DNA of 64,000 nucleotides, from the NCBI GenBank assembly GCA_951406725.2, contig OX597818.1:70494001-70558000 (forward strand), written 5' to 3'. Under the pieces are notes generated by a model. That model saw only the letters and a list, made by a program, of their open reading frames with translations. It ran no database searches and had not been told where the DNA came from. A program made the translations under genes and the position numbers. The DNA comes from Octopus vulgaris. Taxonomy: Eukaryota. This document shows positions 54,061 through 64,000 of this stretch, one piece after another (position 1 is the first letter of the stretch; every line of letters begins with the position of its first letter).

Positions 54061-55716
54061 TCATCATCATCATCATTTAGTGTCCGCTTTCCATGCTAGC
54101 ATGGGTTGGACGGTTCAACTGGGGTCTGGGAAACCAGAAGGCTGCACCAGGCCCCGTCTGATCTGGCAATGTTTCTACGGCTGGATGCCTTTTCTAACCC
54201 CAACCACTCCATGAGTGTAGTGGGTGCTTTTTACGTGCCACCGGTACAGGTGCCAGACGGAGCTGGTAAACACCACGGTCGGATGGTGCTTTTTACGTGC
54301 CACTGGCATGGGGGCCAGGCGAGTCTGGCAACGGCCATGATCGGATGGTGCTTTTTACGTGCCACTGGCATGGGGGCCAGGCGAGTCTGGCAACGGCCAT
54401 GATCGGATGGTGCTTTTTACGTGCCACTGGCATGGGGGCCAGGCGAGGCTGGCAACGGCCATCGGATGGTGCTTTTTACGTGCCACCAGCACTAGTATCA
54501 CAGCTACAATTTCCATTGATGTTGATCGATTTCGATTCTGATTCTCACTTGCCTCAACAGGTCTACACAAGTAGAGTTTTGTGTCCCAAGAAGGAAAGGT
54601 ATGCATAAGTGAACTGGCTACATCACAGGTAGAGGCCACGGGTTATGGCCTCACTTGTCCTGCCGGGCCTTCTTACACACAGCATATTTCCAAAGGTCTC
54701 GGTCTCTAGTCATTTCCTCGGTGAGACCTAAAGTTTGAAGGTCGTGCTTCACTACCTCGTCCCAGGTTTTCCTGGGTCTACCTTTTCCACAGGTTCCCTC
54801 AACCGCTAGGGTGTGGCACTTTTTCACACAACTATCTTCATCCATTCTCGTCACATGACCATACCAGCGCAAACGCCTCTCTGGCACACCACAACTGATG
54901 CTTCTTAGATCCAACTTTTCTCTCAAGGTACTTACACTCTGTCGAGTATGAACACTGACATTACACATCCATCGGGGCATACTGGCTTCATTTCTTGCAA
55001 GCTTATGCATATCCTCAGCAGTCATGGCCCATGTTTCACTACCATGTAGCATGGCTGTTCGTACACATGCATCATACAGTCTGCCTTTCACTCTGTGCGA
55101 GAGGCCTTTTGTCACCAGCAGAGGTAAGAGCTCTCTGAACTTTGTCCAGGCTATTCTTACTCTAGCAGTTACACTTTCAGCACACCCACCCCCGCTACTG
55201 ACTTGGTTGCCTAGGTAACGGAAGCTATCAACTATTTCTAGTTTTTCTCCCTGGAATGTGGTGGAAGTTGGTCTCTGCGCATTTTCAGTGTTTATTGCTC
55301 CTGAGCATCTGCCACATACAAAAACTATTTTCCTAGTTAGCCTTCCTTTGACATTGCTGCACCTCTTATGTGTCCATAGCTTACACTTGGTGCATCTTAT
55401 AGAGTTTCTACCTATACCTTTTCTACAGATCGAACAGGGCCATCTATCTGAAGGCGTTTGTGATTTGTCTACCTTCCTACTTATTACGACTTTGGTTTTA
55501 GCTAGGTTGACTCTAAGGCCCTTCGATTCTAATCCTTGCTTCCACACCTGAAACCTCTCCTCCAGTTCTGATAGTGACTCAGCAATTAGAGCAAGGTCAT
55601 CAGCATAGAGGAGCTCCCAGGGGCAACCTGTCTTGAATTCCTCCGTTATTGCCTGAAGGAGTATGATAAATAGGAGGGGGCTGAGGACTGAACCTTGGTA
55701 GACCCCAACCTCTACT
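54061..55716 (-). mobile_element. RTE LINE family A, best-preserved 5'-truncated copy
   Basis: Open frame 55715-54651, 3'UTR with 62 bp tandem units, (GAT)n tail. Confidence 0.95.
54651..55715 (-). CDS. RTE reverse transcriptase C-terminal portion (5'-truncated, 355 codons including the stop) with PHD-like finger
   Basis: In frame upstream of the listed ORF: VGVYQGSVLSPLLF...LLYADDLAL. Then CSIC..CTKC..H..C..CGRC, FRYLG and RRLRWYGHV. Confidence 0.85.
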   Translation of the reverse strand, partial: VEVGVYQGSVLSPLLFIILLQAITEEFKTGCPWELLYADDLALIAESLSELEERFQVWKQGLESKGLRVNLAKTKVVISRKVDKSQTPSDRWPCSICRKGIGRNSIRCTKCKLWTHKRCSNVKGRLTRKIVFVCGRCSGAINTENAQRPTSTTFQGEKLEIVDSFRYLGNQVSSGGGCAESVTARVRIAWTKFRELLPLLVTKGLSHRVKGRLYDACVRTAMLHGSETWAMTAEDMHKLARNEASMPRWMCNVSVHTRQSVSTLREKLDLRSISCGVPERRLRWYGHVTRMDEDSCVKKCHTLAVEGTCGKGRPRKTWDEVVKHDLQTLGLTEEMTRDRDLWKYAVCKKARQDK

Positions 55717-56058
55717 CATATATATATACACACACATGCATATATGGGTACAGAACATCACCAACGGTGAAAATAGCATGAAGTACATAAACAAACAAGT
55801 TAAATATGTAGACAAGAAAAAAATGGAAAACGGGACAGGTAAACAGAGTGAAAAGAATTTTATTGACGATGCCTTTGAAGTTTCAATCAGTTAAGCCATC
55901 ATTGGTCTAACTTGGTATAAATATTTATATATACACACCTATATATATATATGTGTGTGTATTACACCAAAAATTTTAATTTTGCTCATAGGGTTACCAA
56001 AGGTTTTATATCCACAAAAGCCAAAGTTTCGTGGACACCTCGTCAGACTCAGTATAAA

Positions 56059-57282
56059 CAGGGGCTGAACAAAATAATGAAAATGCCTTAAAATTTCAAA
56101 CAAATTTATTTTAATATGGGGTAGGACCACCTTTAGCAGTAATTGCAGCTTGAATTCTATAAGGTACAAACTTGTACAAAGTTTGAATTGTTTCCAAACG
56201 AATTTTTGTCCATTCTTCAGCTAAAACAGTCTCCAGTTCTTGTAGCGATGATGGTGGAGGATATCAACTCCTTACTTGTTTTTCTAAAATGCATTATAAA
56301 TGTTCAATAATATTGAGATTCAGGGACTGTGGTGGCCATATAAAATGTTCGACTTCACTAGAATATTCCTCATGCCATTCAGTAACAACTTTAGCTGTGT
56401 GAATTGATGCATTACCATCCTAAAAGACCATAGGACGAATTTGATCAGATAAAATGCTTAAATAGTCTTGACTATTAATTCTGCCATGAAGGGAAACCAC
56501 TGGACCAGCAGATTTCCAAGATATAGCCCCCCGTCCAGATCATCACAGATCCTCCTCCATGTTTAGCAGGTGGAAGAAGGCAGTCTGGGTCAAAAGCTTC
56601 TTTTGGCTGTCTCCACACATATACTCAGCCGGTGGTTGGAAATAGGATATAGGATGACTCATCCAAGAAAATAACATTCTTCCACTGTTCTGGAGACCAA
56701 TTCTGTAGGTTTTTACTCCACTCTAAACGCTTTACAACGTTTGTTTTTGAAAGTGGTGTTTTTCTGATTGCAGCTCTCCCATGAAATCCGGCTTTGTGTA
56801 GCTCCTGACGAACAGTTTTTGTGGAAACTGGGTTCTTGAGGGGGTCATTAAGGTCTACAGTAATTTTGGGAGATGTACTTTTGTGATCCTTTCTAACAAT
56901 TCGTGTAAGAGTCCGATGGTCCCTGTCTGAAAGTTTTAGTTTTCTTCCAGAGTTTAGTTTTGACAAGGAGCTTTTTCCCTCTTTCTCAAAGAGTCAGTAC
57001 TTCTTGATACACCAAACATTTTGGCTGTTATCATTATGCTAGTGCCTGCCATACAAGCACCAACAATTTGACCTCTTTGAAATTCCAATAGATCTGTGAT
57101 GTTAATGAATTTTAATTACCTTTTTCTGATGATATCTGAAGAGAAACAGCAATTTTAGCAAAGCATATTAAGCAACACTAATAATAAATCAAAAAACATA
57201 AAAAATAAGCAAGCTTTTGACGATTTTATAGATATTTCAAAATTATGATGCTTGGTGTTTCCATTATCTTGTCTAACCCCTG
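56059..57282 (-). mobile_element. Tc1 (DD34E) transposon, copy 2
   Basis: TIRs 'caggggctgaacaaaataatg' / 'ccattatcttgtctaacccctg'; ORF 56625-56966 has GRK.KL..WKNVIFLDES; colinear with 10701-11946. Confidence 0.95.
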
Positions 57283-58104
57283 CTTATACACACACTCACG
57301 CACGTGTATATGTGTGTGTAATTGTGAGAGTTCCCATCCATCATGTAATTCTAATGATCTTCTCTTTGTCGGACAGTTAACAAAATTGTAAGTATTGCAT
57401 TTGTAAATGTTATTTCTTTGATAATAGCTAATTGTTTTTATTCAAAGGAGATCAATCGTTGTATCTCCTTCACTAGAAAACAAGATAGGTAGCTTTGCTA
57501 TCTTTGGCCATTTAATATATCACTGATCATCACAATGTCCTTGCAAAGTCATCGGTTTTCTAGGTTTAATCAAACATCAAAAGCTCACCAAGTAGTTTAA
57601 TCTTTTCAAATACTTTACTCGTCTTTGATCCCTTGCCATAGACACAGTTATACATCTACATATCCACATTCAAGAAGACACAACCACAAACTTACGCACA
57701 CACACATACACACAAGTTTTGCTTACCATCAGCCCATTTCACACACAACCATTCACAGTGAATGTACAGGCACCATCATTCATATCGTGTGTGTGTGTGT
57801 GTATCTGGTTTGTTTGGAGTTCTATTTGTTTCAGTGTGTATATAATTTGTGAACCAAAGTACATCTCTGTATCTGCACACGTATGTCTGCATATATAAAT
57901 ACACACATACGCACACTCATATACATATATCTATATATGCACACTGACACACTCACATACACACAGTCGTTATTTAATTATTACTGATATCTGGCAAAAA
58001 ATATAAAGATCATGACAAAAGCAACAAAATATAAAAAAACAGTAACAAAGATATAAATCTATCAGTAAAATAGATATGTATAAAAATAGGGATATATAAG
58101 TAGA

Positions 58105-58105
58105 T

Positions 58106-58166
<61 letters not shown>

Positions 58167-58197
58167 GATATAGAGAGAGAGAGATAGATAGATAGAT

Positions 58198-58238
<41 letters not shown>

Positions 58239-58259
58239 GATAGATCAATTGATAGATAG

Positions 58260-58299
<40 letters not shown>

Positions 58300-58343
58300 T
58301 GTGAGATAGATAGATAGTAGGTGGATAGATAGATAGATCAATT

Positions 58344-58409
<66 letters not shown>

Positions 58410-58425
58410 GGTAGATAGATAGATA
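58105..58425. repeat. (GATA)n/(GA)n microsatellite
   Basis: Seen directly. Confidence 0.95.
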
Positions 58426-58794
58426 AAGATATATTTTAACAAGAGAGGAGTCCATTGAGTTCATAAAAATTGATCAAATTTGAGGGGTGGGGTGCAGATT
58501 ATAACCTCATTTTATCAGAGCTCTACATGGTTTGTTGTTGTTGTTGTTGAGGATTTTATTTTTCTATCTTTGACCATGAAACCAGATAAGCAGATGATAA
58601 AAAAGAACACTGAAAACAAACTACAAAAATATAAATGGAAATAATGAAAAGAATAAAAAAGTACCCTGATATTATAGTTAAGTACCCTGGTATTATTCCA
58701 ACTAATAAAATATTTAAGTGTCACTTTATTAAAATCAAAGGTGTTAATCAGTTTGTTTCATCTCTATATTGAATCATCATCATCATCATCATCA

Positions 58795-58828
<34 letters not shown>

Positions 58829-59042
58829 TAAGGCAGCAAGCTGGCAGAAACATTAGCCTGCTGGACGAAATGCTTACCTGTGTTTCGTCTGTTCCTACAT
58901 TCTGAGTTCAAATTCCACCTTGGTGGAATTTGCCTTTCATCCTTTCAGGGTCGATAAATTAAGTAACAGTAATACACTGGGGTAAATGTAATTGACTAGT
59001 CCCCTCCCCAAAAATTGCTGCCCTTGTAGCAAAATTTGAAAC
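58829..59042 (+). mobile_element. SINE family A between (ATT)n tracts (a second head follows at 59098-59152)
   Basis: Same head and central domain as 31075. Confidence 0.8.
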
Positions 59043-59059
59043 CATTATTATTATTATTA

Positions 59060-59099
<40 letters not shown>

Positions 59100-59181
59100 G
59101 GTAGTTAGCAGGCAGAATTGTTAGCATGTTGGATGAAATGCTTAGTGGTATTGGCCATTCAAAGTAGAATGGTTCCACACA

Positions 59182-59328
59182 TGGTTCCAGCAAGATGGAG
59201 CAACTGCCCATACCACAAGAGAAACAATGCAGTTATGGCAGTGCTTTGAAGAGTGAATAATCTCCCACCATGGCAATGTCAACTGGCCTTCATTTTCCCC
59301 TGACTTGACTAGCCTGGATTTTTCCTTG
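59182..59328 (+). pseudogene. rosa-like (about DD41D) transposase catalytic fragment
   Basis: WFQQDGATAHT...NVNWPSFSPDLTSLDF; 40 residues lie between the 2nd and 3rd D, with one internal stop. Confidence 0.7.
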
Positions 59329-60063
59329 TATATATGTGTGTGTGTGTGTGTGTATGAGCTAGAGGTTAAGAAACCACCTAAGGGATAGTAAATATCCAAT
59401 ATACTACTGGGTGTATCCCTATGTATTTATATCCAAGTGCTGTCCAATGTTTGTTCATCCCTGTATATGCCTGGTGTGATGCGGAAAACCTGGAAGTTTT
59501 GGCAACCCCCATGGTAGAAACAACTGTAAGAGTTTAGTATTTGTCCACTCATTTATTCCTATTTGTTTATTTGGATCATGATTGTCATCAATTAATAAAT
59601 AGATTGAATGTTTACAGGCTGACGTTTGTCGATTGTTTATCCTCTTCATTTTCTTATTCTTCTTATAGATATAATCAAGGTATCTTTGGCCTGTAGAGTA
59701 GCCTGCAGTATACAACTCACTCGGATATTTACCGCTTCTGAGGTTCTGCTCGCTATGAAATATATGTAGCCCAGATCTTATTCTACTCCCTTCCTTAACT
59801 CTTGTATTCTTATTCGCACACCCAGCAACTTTGGTTGCCTACCGTGAAATATAAAATGAACCTTTTTCAGTTTATCATAATTCAATGCGAAAAAATCCAC
59901 AACCTTCCGTCTCAATAAACCACCATTGTCTCTGAAAGTTCCTTTTTATATTTTCTATGGATTGCTTGAAGCTGTCTTTTTACACCTCAATCCTTGGATC
60001 TTATATTTAGAGAGAGAGAGAGTGTGTGTATGTATATTCTTTTCATTCTTTTATTCTCTTATG

Positions 60064-60310
60064 TGTTTCAACTTTGAGGCTGCGGCCATGCTGAGGCACT
60101 GCCAGTGTTACCACCTTTTAAGTGGCCAATTCTATGGGTTTGGCTTTTGGTGAATGAGGGAGTTTGATGCTGCTGCCCACTTTTGAGATTCCTGCTTGAT
60201 ATTGGTTCATCTGAGATCTTGGATAGTGAGAGATCAAGTTGTTTCTTGAAAACATCGACTCCCACTTCAGGGAGATTCCTCGGATGTTTTGGTGAGGAGT
60301 TAAATAGCTG
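60064..60310 (-). mobile_element. CR1/L2-group LINE 3' end
   Basis: Minus-strand QLFNSSPKHPRN...VDVFKKQLDLSLSKISDEP, a typical CR1-group ORF2 terminus, followed by the 3'UTR. Confidence 0.7.
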
Positions 60311-60317
60311 TGTATAT

Positions 60318-60640
60318 CATCGTCATTTAATGTCCACTTTCTATGGTGGCATGGGTTGGATGGCTTGATAGGAGCTGGCCAGGCAGAAACTTGCACCATA
60401 CTTTGTGTGTCTGTTTTGGCATGGCTTTTACAGCTGGATGCCTTTCCTAACACCAACCACCCAGCAGAGGGGATTGAGGGCTTTTCCTGTGACACCAACA
60501 CAGACGAGGTCAATTTTAGCATGGTTTTTGTAGAGGTATGCCCTTCCAAACACCAACCACTTTATAGTTAGACTGGATCCGTTTTACATGGCATCAACAT
60601 TGGCAGGGTCACCAAATAACTTGCAAAACAAAGGTCATGT
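60318..60640 (-). mobile_element. RTE-type 3' tail fragment
   Basis: 'ctggatgcctttcctaacaccaacc' motif and tail. Confidence 0.7.
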
Positions 60641-60822
60641 GTGAGGGAAGGAGGCGATCTTGGGTCAGGTGAGGAAAAGTTAGAGTGTGTCAGAGAAACA
60701 GAGAGACAGAAACAGGTGTCTTGCTGTAGAGGTATTACAGGGTTACCCAGCCAGAGGGGGTGGGACAGAAACAGGTGTGCTACTGTAGAGGAAGATATGG
60801 TTACATAGCCAGAGGGGGGAGC

Positions 60823-60854
<32 letters not shown>

Positions 60855-61736
60855 GACAGCAAGAGTGCAAGAGAGAACTGGTTTGAGATGGTGGCAAAGT
60901 GTCAGGGTATATTCACAAGAAGTGGGTATCAGAATATAAATGGGGTGGTAGGTTAAAAGAAGAGAGGGATAGATAGTGGCAAGTGCCAAGGCATACCCTC
61001 AAGGTATATATATTGCACACACACACACATATATATATATACATACGTTTATATATATATACACACCCATAAAGGTAAGATCCAAGGATCAAAGTATAAG
61101 ACGTTAGTGAGCTTCAAGCAATCCATGGAAGATAGAAAAGAACAACTGACAGGAACAATAGTCATCTATTGGAACAGAAAGTTGTGGATTGTTCCCATAT
61201 TGAAGTAGGATCAGCTGAAACCAGCTAATTTTATAGTCCATGGTTAGCAACAGGGGTTGTTGTATACGTCAATAAATATCCAAAAATTAGGAAATGGAAT
61301 AGATAAAATCTACTCTATTCCCTAATTCTGGGATATATACATATGTATACACACACATACATATATACACAGTGGAGTATGCGGTTTAGTGGTTAGCGTG
61401 TTGGACTCATGATTGCAAAACTGTGAGTTCAGTTCCTACCGTCACATACATATATATACATGTGCATACACATGCATATATATAAGGTATAAGTTAGAGC
61501 TGTCTAAACCCTCTAAGGGATAGATGTATTCAAAGGCACTCCTGGTGATGTCTACCATTTGCAACGAGGTAAATACATATTTACCTCAACATGGTACACA
61601 GAAACAACTGTAAACTCACTCTTACCCTCACCTTACTTAAACTAATTAAATAATGGCTCTTTAGCACCAAAGACGCACTTCCCATTGTTGTTTTTCCTCC
61701 ATTTTCTTATCATCTATATATATATACACACACACG

Positions 61737-62040
61737 TGGAGGCACATGGCCTAGTGGTTAGAGCAGCGGACTTGCGGTCGAGGGATCATGGGTTCAAATC
61801 TCAGACCGGGCGATATGTGTGTTTATGAGCGAAACACCTAACCTCCACATGAATCCAGCAGAAGATAATGGTGAACTTCTGCTGACTCTTTTGCCGCAAC
61901 TTTCTCTCACTCTTTCCTCCTGCATCTTGCAGCTCACCTACGACGGACCGGTGTCCCATCCAGGTGGGGAACCTATACGCCAAGGAAACCAGGAAACCCA
62001 CCCTATGAGCCAGGCATGGCTCGAGAAGGAACAAACAACA
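61737..62040 (+). mobile_element. tRNA-derived SINE (family C-related)
   Basis: A-box tggcctagtggttagagc, B-box gggttcaaatc, (ACA)n tail. Confidence 0.8.
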
Positions 62041-62399
62041 TACATACACATATACACACACACATATATATTTATATATATATATAGAGAGAGAGAGATA
62101 CTCTTATACATACGTTCTTTCTCCCTCTCTGCCTCTCTCCTTTAACAAAGAAACATTTCTACCGATATCCACTCAAATCAAAAATATGCTTTATATAGAT
62201 TTTTCTACTAATAATGGTTTGTAGCAACTAATAGTGGTCACATGTATGTGTGTGTGTGTACAATGTAGGCCAAGCTTGAAAAGGTCATATATTCAAATAG
62301 TATGAGGGAAGGAGAATTTCTGAGCAGTTCTTCGCTTCTCTCCACTAATTCCATCCTTCTCTATATTCTTCTTCTTCATCTATTTCAATCTTTTATCCT

Positions 62400-62730
62400 T
62401 TATGCTTTACTTGTTCCATTCATTAAACTGTGGCCATGCTGGGGCAGCGCCTTGAAGGATTTTACTCAAGTTTATTAACCCCACCTCCAGCACATTTTTG
62501 AGCCTTGTACTTATTCTATTGGTCACTTTTGTTGAATTGCTAAGTTATGGGGATGTAAACACACCAACACCGGTCGTCAAGCAGTGGTGTATGACGAAAG
62601 CAAGTACACACACACACACACACACACACAGCAGGATCCTTTCAGTTTCCATCTACCAAATCCACTCACAAGTCTTTGGTCAGGTGCCATGCTGTGGGAC
62701 TCGACTTGGAACTATGTGGCTGGGAAAGTT
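62400..62730 (-). mobile_element. SINE family B (minus strand)
   Basis: Reverse complement of the 16170-16635 segments. Confidence 0.75.
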
Positions 62731-62765
62731 CTTACATCATACACATGCACACGCACACAAATACT

Positions 62766-62798
<33 letters not shown>

Positions 62799-62829
62799 GT
62801 ATGTGGTTGGATAGGTAGGTAGGTAGGTA

Positions 62830-63670
62830 CACAAAATTGGAAGTAACACTAACATCTCAATTTAACAGATATATTTACCAAAATTACATAAAAATATCTT
62901 AAAATACTAAAGAGTACATTTATTCAATAAAATTGCTTTGGGCTTCAACCACGGCCTCCAGATGACTTCCGAACCTCCTGCAACTCTTCTGGATGTTCTC
63001 CTTGTTTAAGTAGGTGAATGCTGCCATAATCCTTGCCTTCAATTCATCTTTGATGTTACAAGGAGTTTTGTTGGTCTCTCACTCAACCGTGTCCTACACA
63101 TAATAATCAAGAGGGTTGCAGTCTGGGGAGTTAGGTGATCAGATGTTAGGGGTGATGGGGTCGCAGAAATTGTGTGACAGCCATGACTGGGTTCTTCTGC
63201 TTGTGTGGCATGGTCCAGAGTCCTGTTACCAAGCATAGGGTCTTCCAGCAGCCACCCTCTTCCCCCAGGGCAGCACTACCTCCTCCAGGCACTTGATGTA
63301 AGCCTCCTTGTTGAGTGTGAGGCCATGTGGGAAGATGAGTGGAGGCATAACGTCACCATCACTAGTGATCACTCTCGTGAACACCATGATGTTGACTGGA
63401 TGTTTGATTTTTTTCACTCTCAGTACATGTCCTCAGATTGACACCCAAACACTCTGAAATGTTCGTATTGGAACTTTCAGCATGAATGCCAAGCAGTACA
63501 GCAGGTCATTTCCAAATTCTTAGCAGAATGAATTGCATCATAGTGCTGTTTTCTCACAGATAGTGCCCAACTGACCCTACTATACTGTGTAGATGACAAA
63601 ATCAAAAACAAGCAATGCACATGTGCACAATTTAATATATAAAATAGTGGCAATTTACCCATCACACCCT
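62830..63670 (-). mobile_element. Internally deleted maT/DD37D transposon, copy 2
   Basis: Minus frame W*QDSGPCHTSRRTQSWLSHNFCDPITPNI*SPNSPDCNPLDY has exactly 37 residues between the 2nd and 3rd D; TIR 'tttacccatcacaccctg|ta'. Confidence 0.9.
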
Positions 63671-64000
63671 GTATATATGTGTATGTATGTATGCATGCAT
63701 GCATATATGTATTTGTGTGTATATGTGCATACATGTGTGTTTATATATGTATGTATGTATACAGATAACATATATACATAACTGCAAGAGCCCAATGCAC
63801 CATTCAATAAAGCATGTTTAAAAAATGCCAGAAGACAACAGAAATATGTAAAATAAATACCAGAATAATTTGCAAACCACAAACTCCAAGATAAAAATTT
63901 TGAAAAATTGGGAAAAAAGAAATAAAAAGACAAACCTAAAGAAGGAAAATAAATTTCCCAAACATCAGAACAAACAGCAACCAGACAAATTGAAGAGCTT

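Noticed and set aside
54281-54495. Regularly spaced repeats resembling a CRISPR array
   Set aside because: The spacers are themselves repeated, the array lies in a LINE 3'UTR, the context is eukaryotic and no cas genes are present.
61737-61810. tRNA-like sequence (also 9391, 16170, 61372)
   Set aside because: A and B boxes are present, but no complete cloverleaf or acceptor stem, and a SINE body follows; these are SINE heads, not tRNA genes.

Overview
This is AT-rich, microsatellite-dense eukaryotic genomic DNA. The repeat landscape looks like an Octopus/coleoid cephalopod intron or intergenic region, which is inferred from the repeat families rather than shown directly. No complete host gene is visible, and almost all listed ORFs are artefacts of (TA)n, (CA)n, (TATG)n, (ATT)n or (GATA)n tracts. 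The explainable content is mobile DNA: many 5'-truncated RTE LINEs of two families (one with a PHD-like finger inside the RT region), an R4/Dong-like LINE relic with nested insertions, a CR1/L2-type 3' end, Tc1 (DD34E), maT (DD37D) and rosa-like (about DD41D) DNA transposon relics, several tRNA-type SINE families and a probable Helentron-associated element. The most interesting signal is a set of long fold-back insertions (inverted arm + arm + unpaired tail) in (TA)n tracts. One carries an intact minimal type I hammerhead ribozyme (4681-4760, minus strand). At least eight further degenerate hammerhead cores and a Penelope-type endonuclease C-terminal relic are also present, which points to repeated activity of Penelope-like/retrozyme-like elements. 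One 69-nt candidate coding exon lies on the minus strand.
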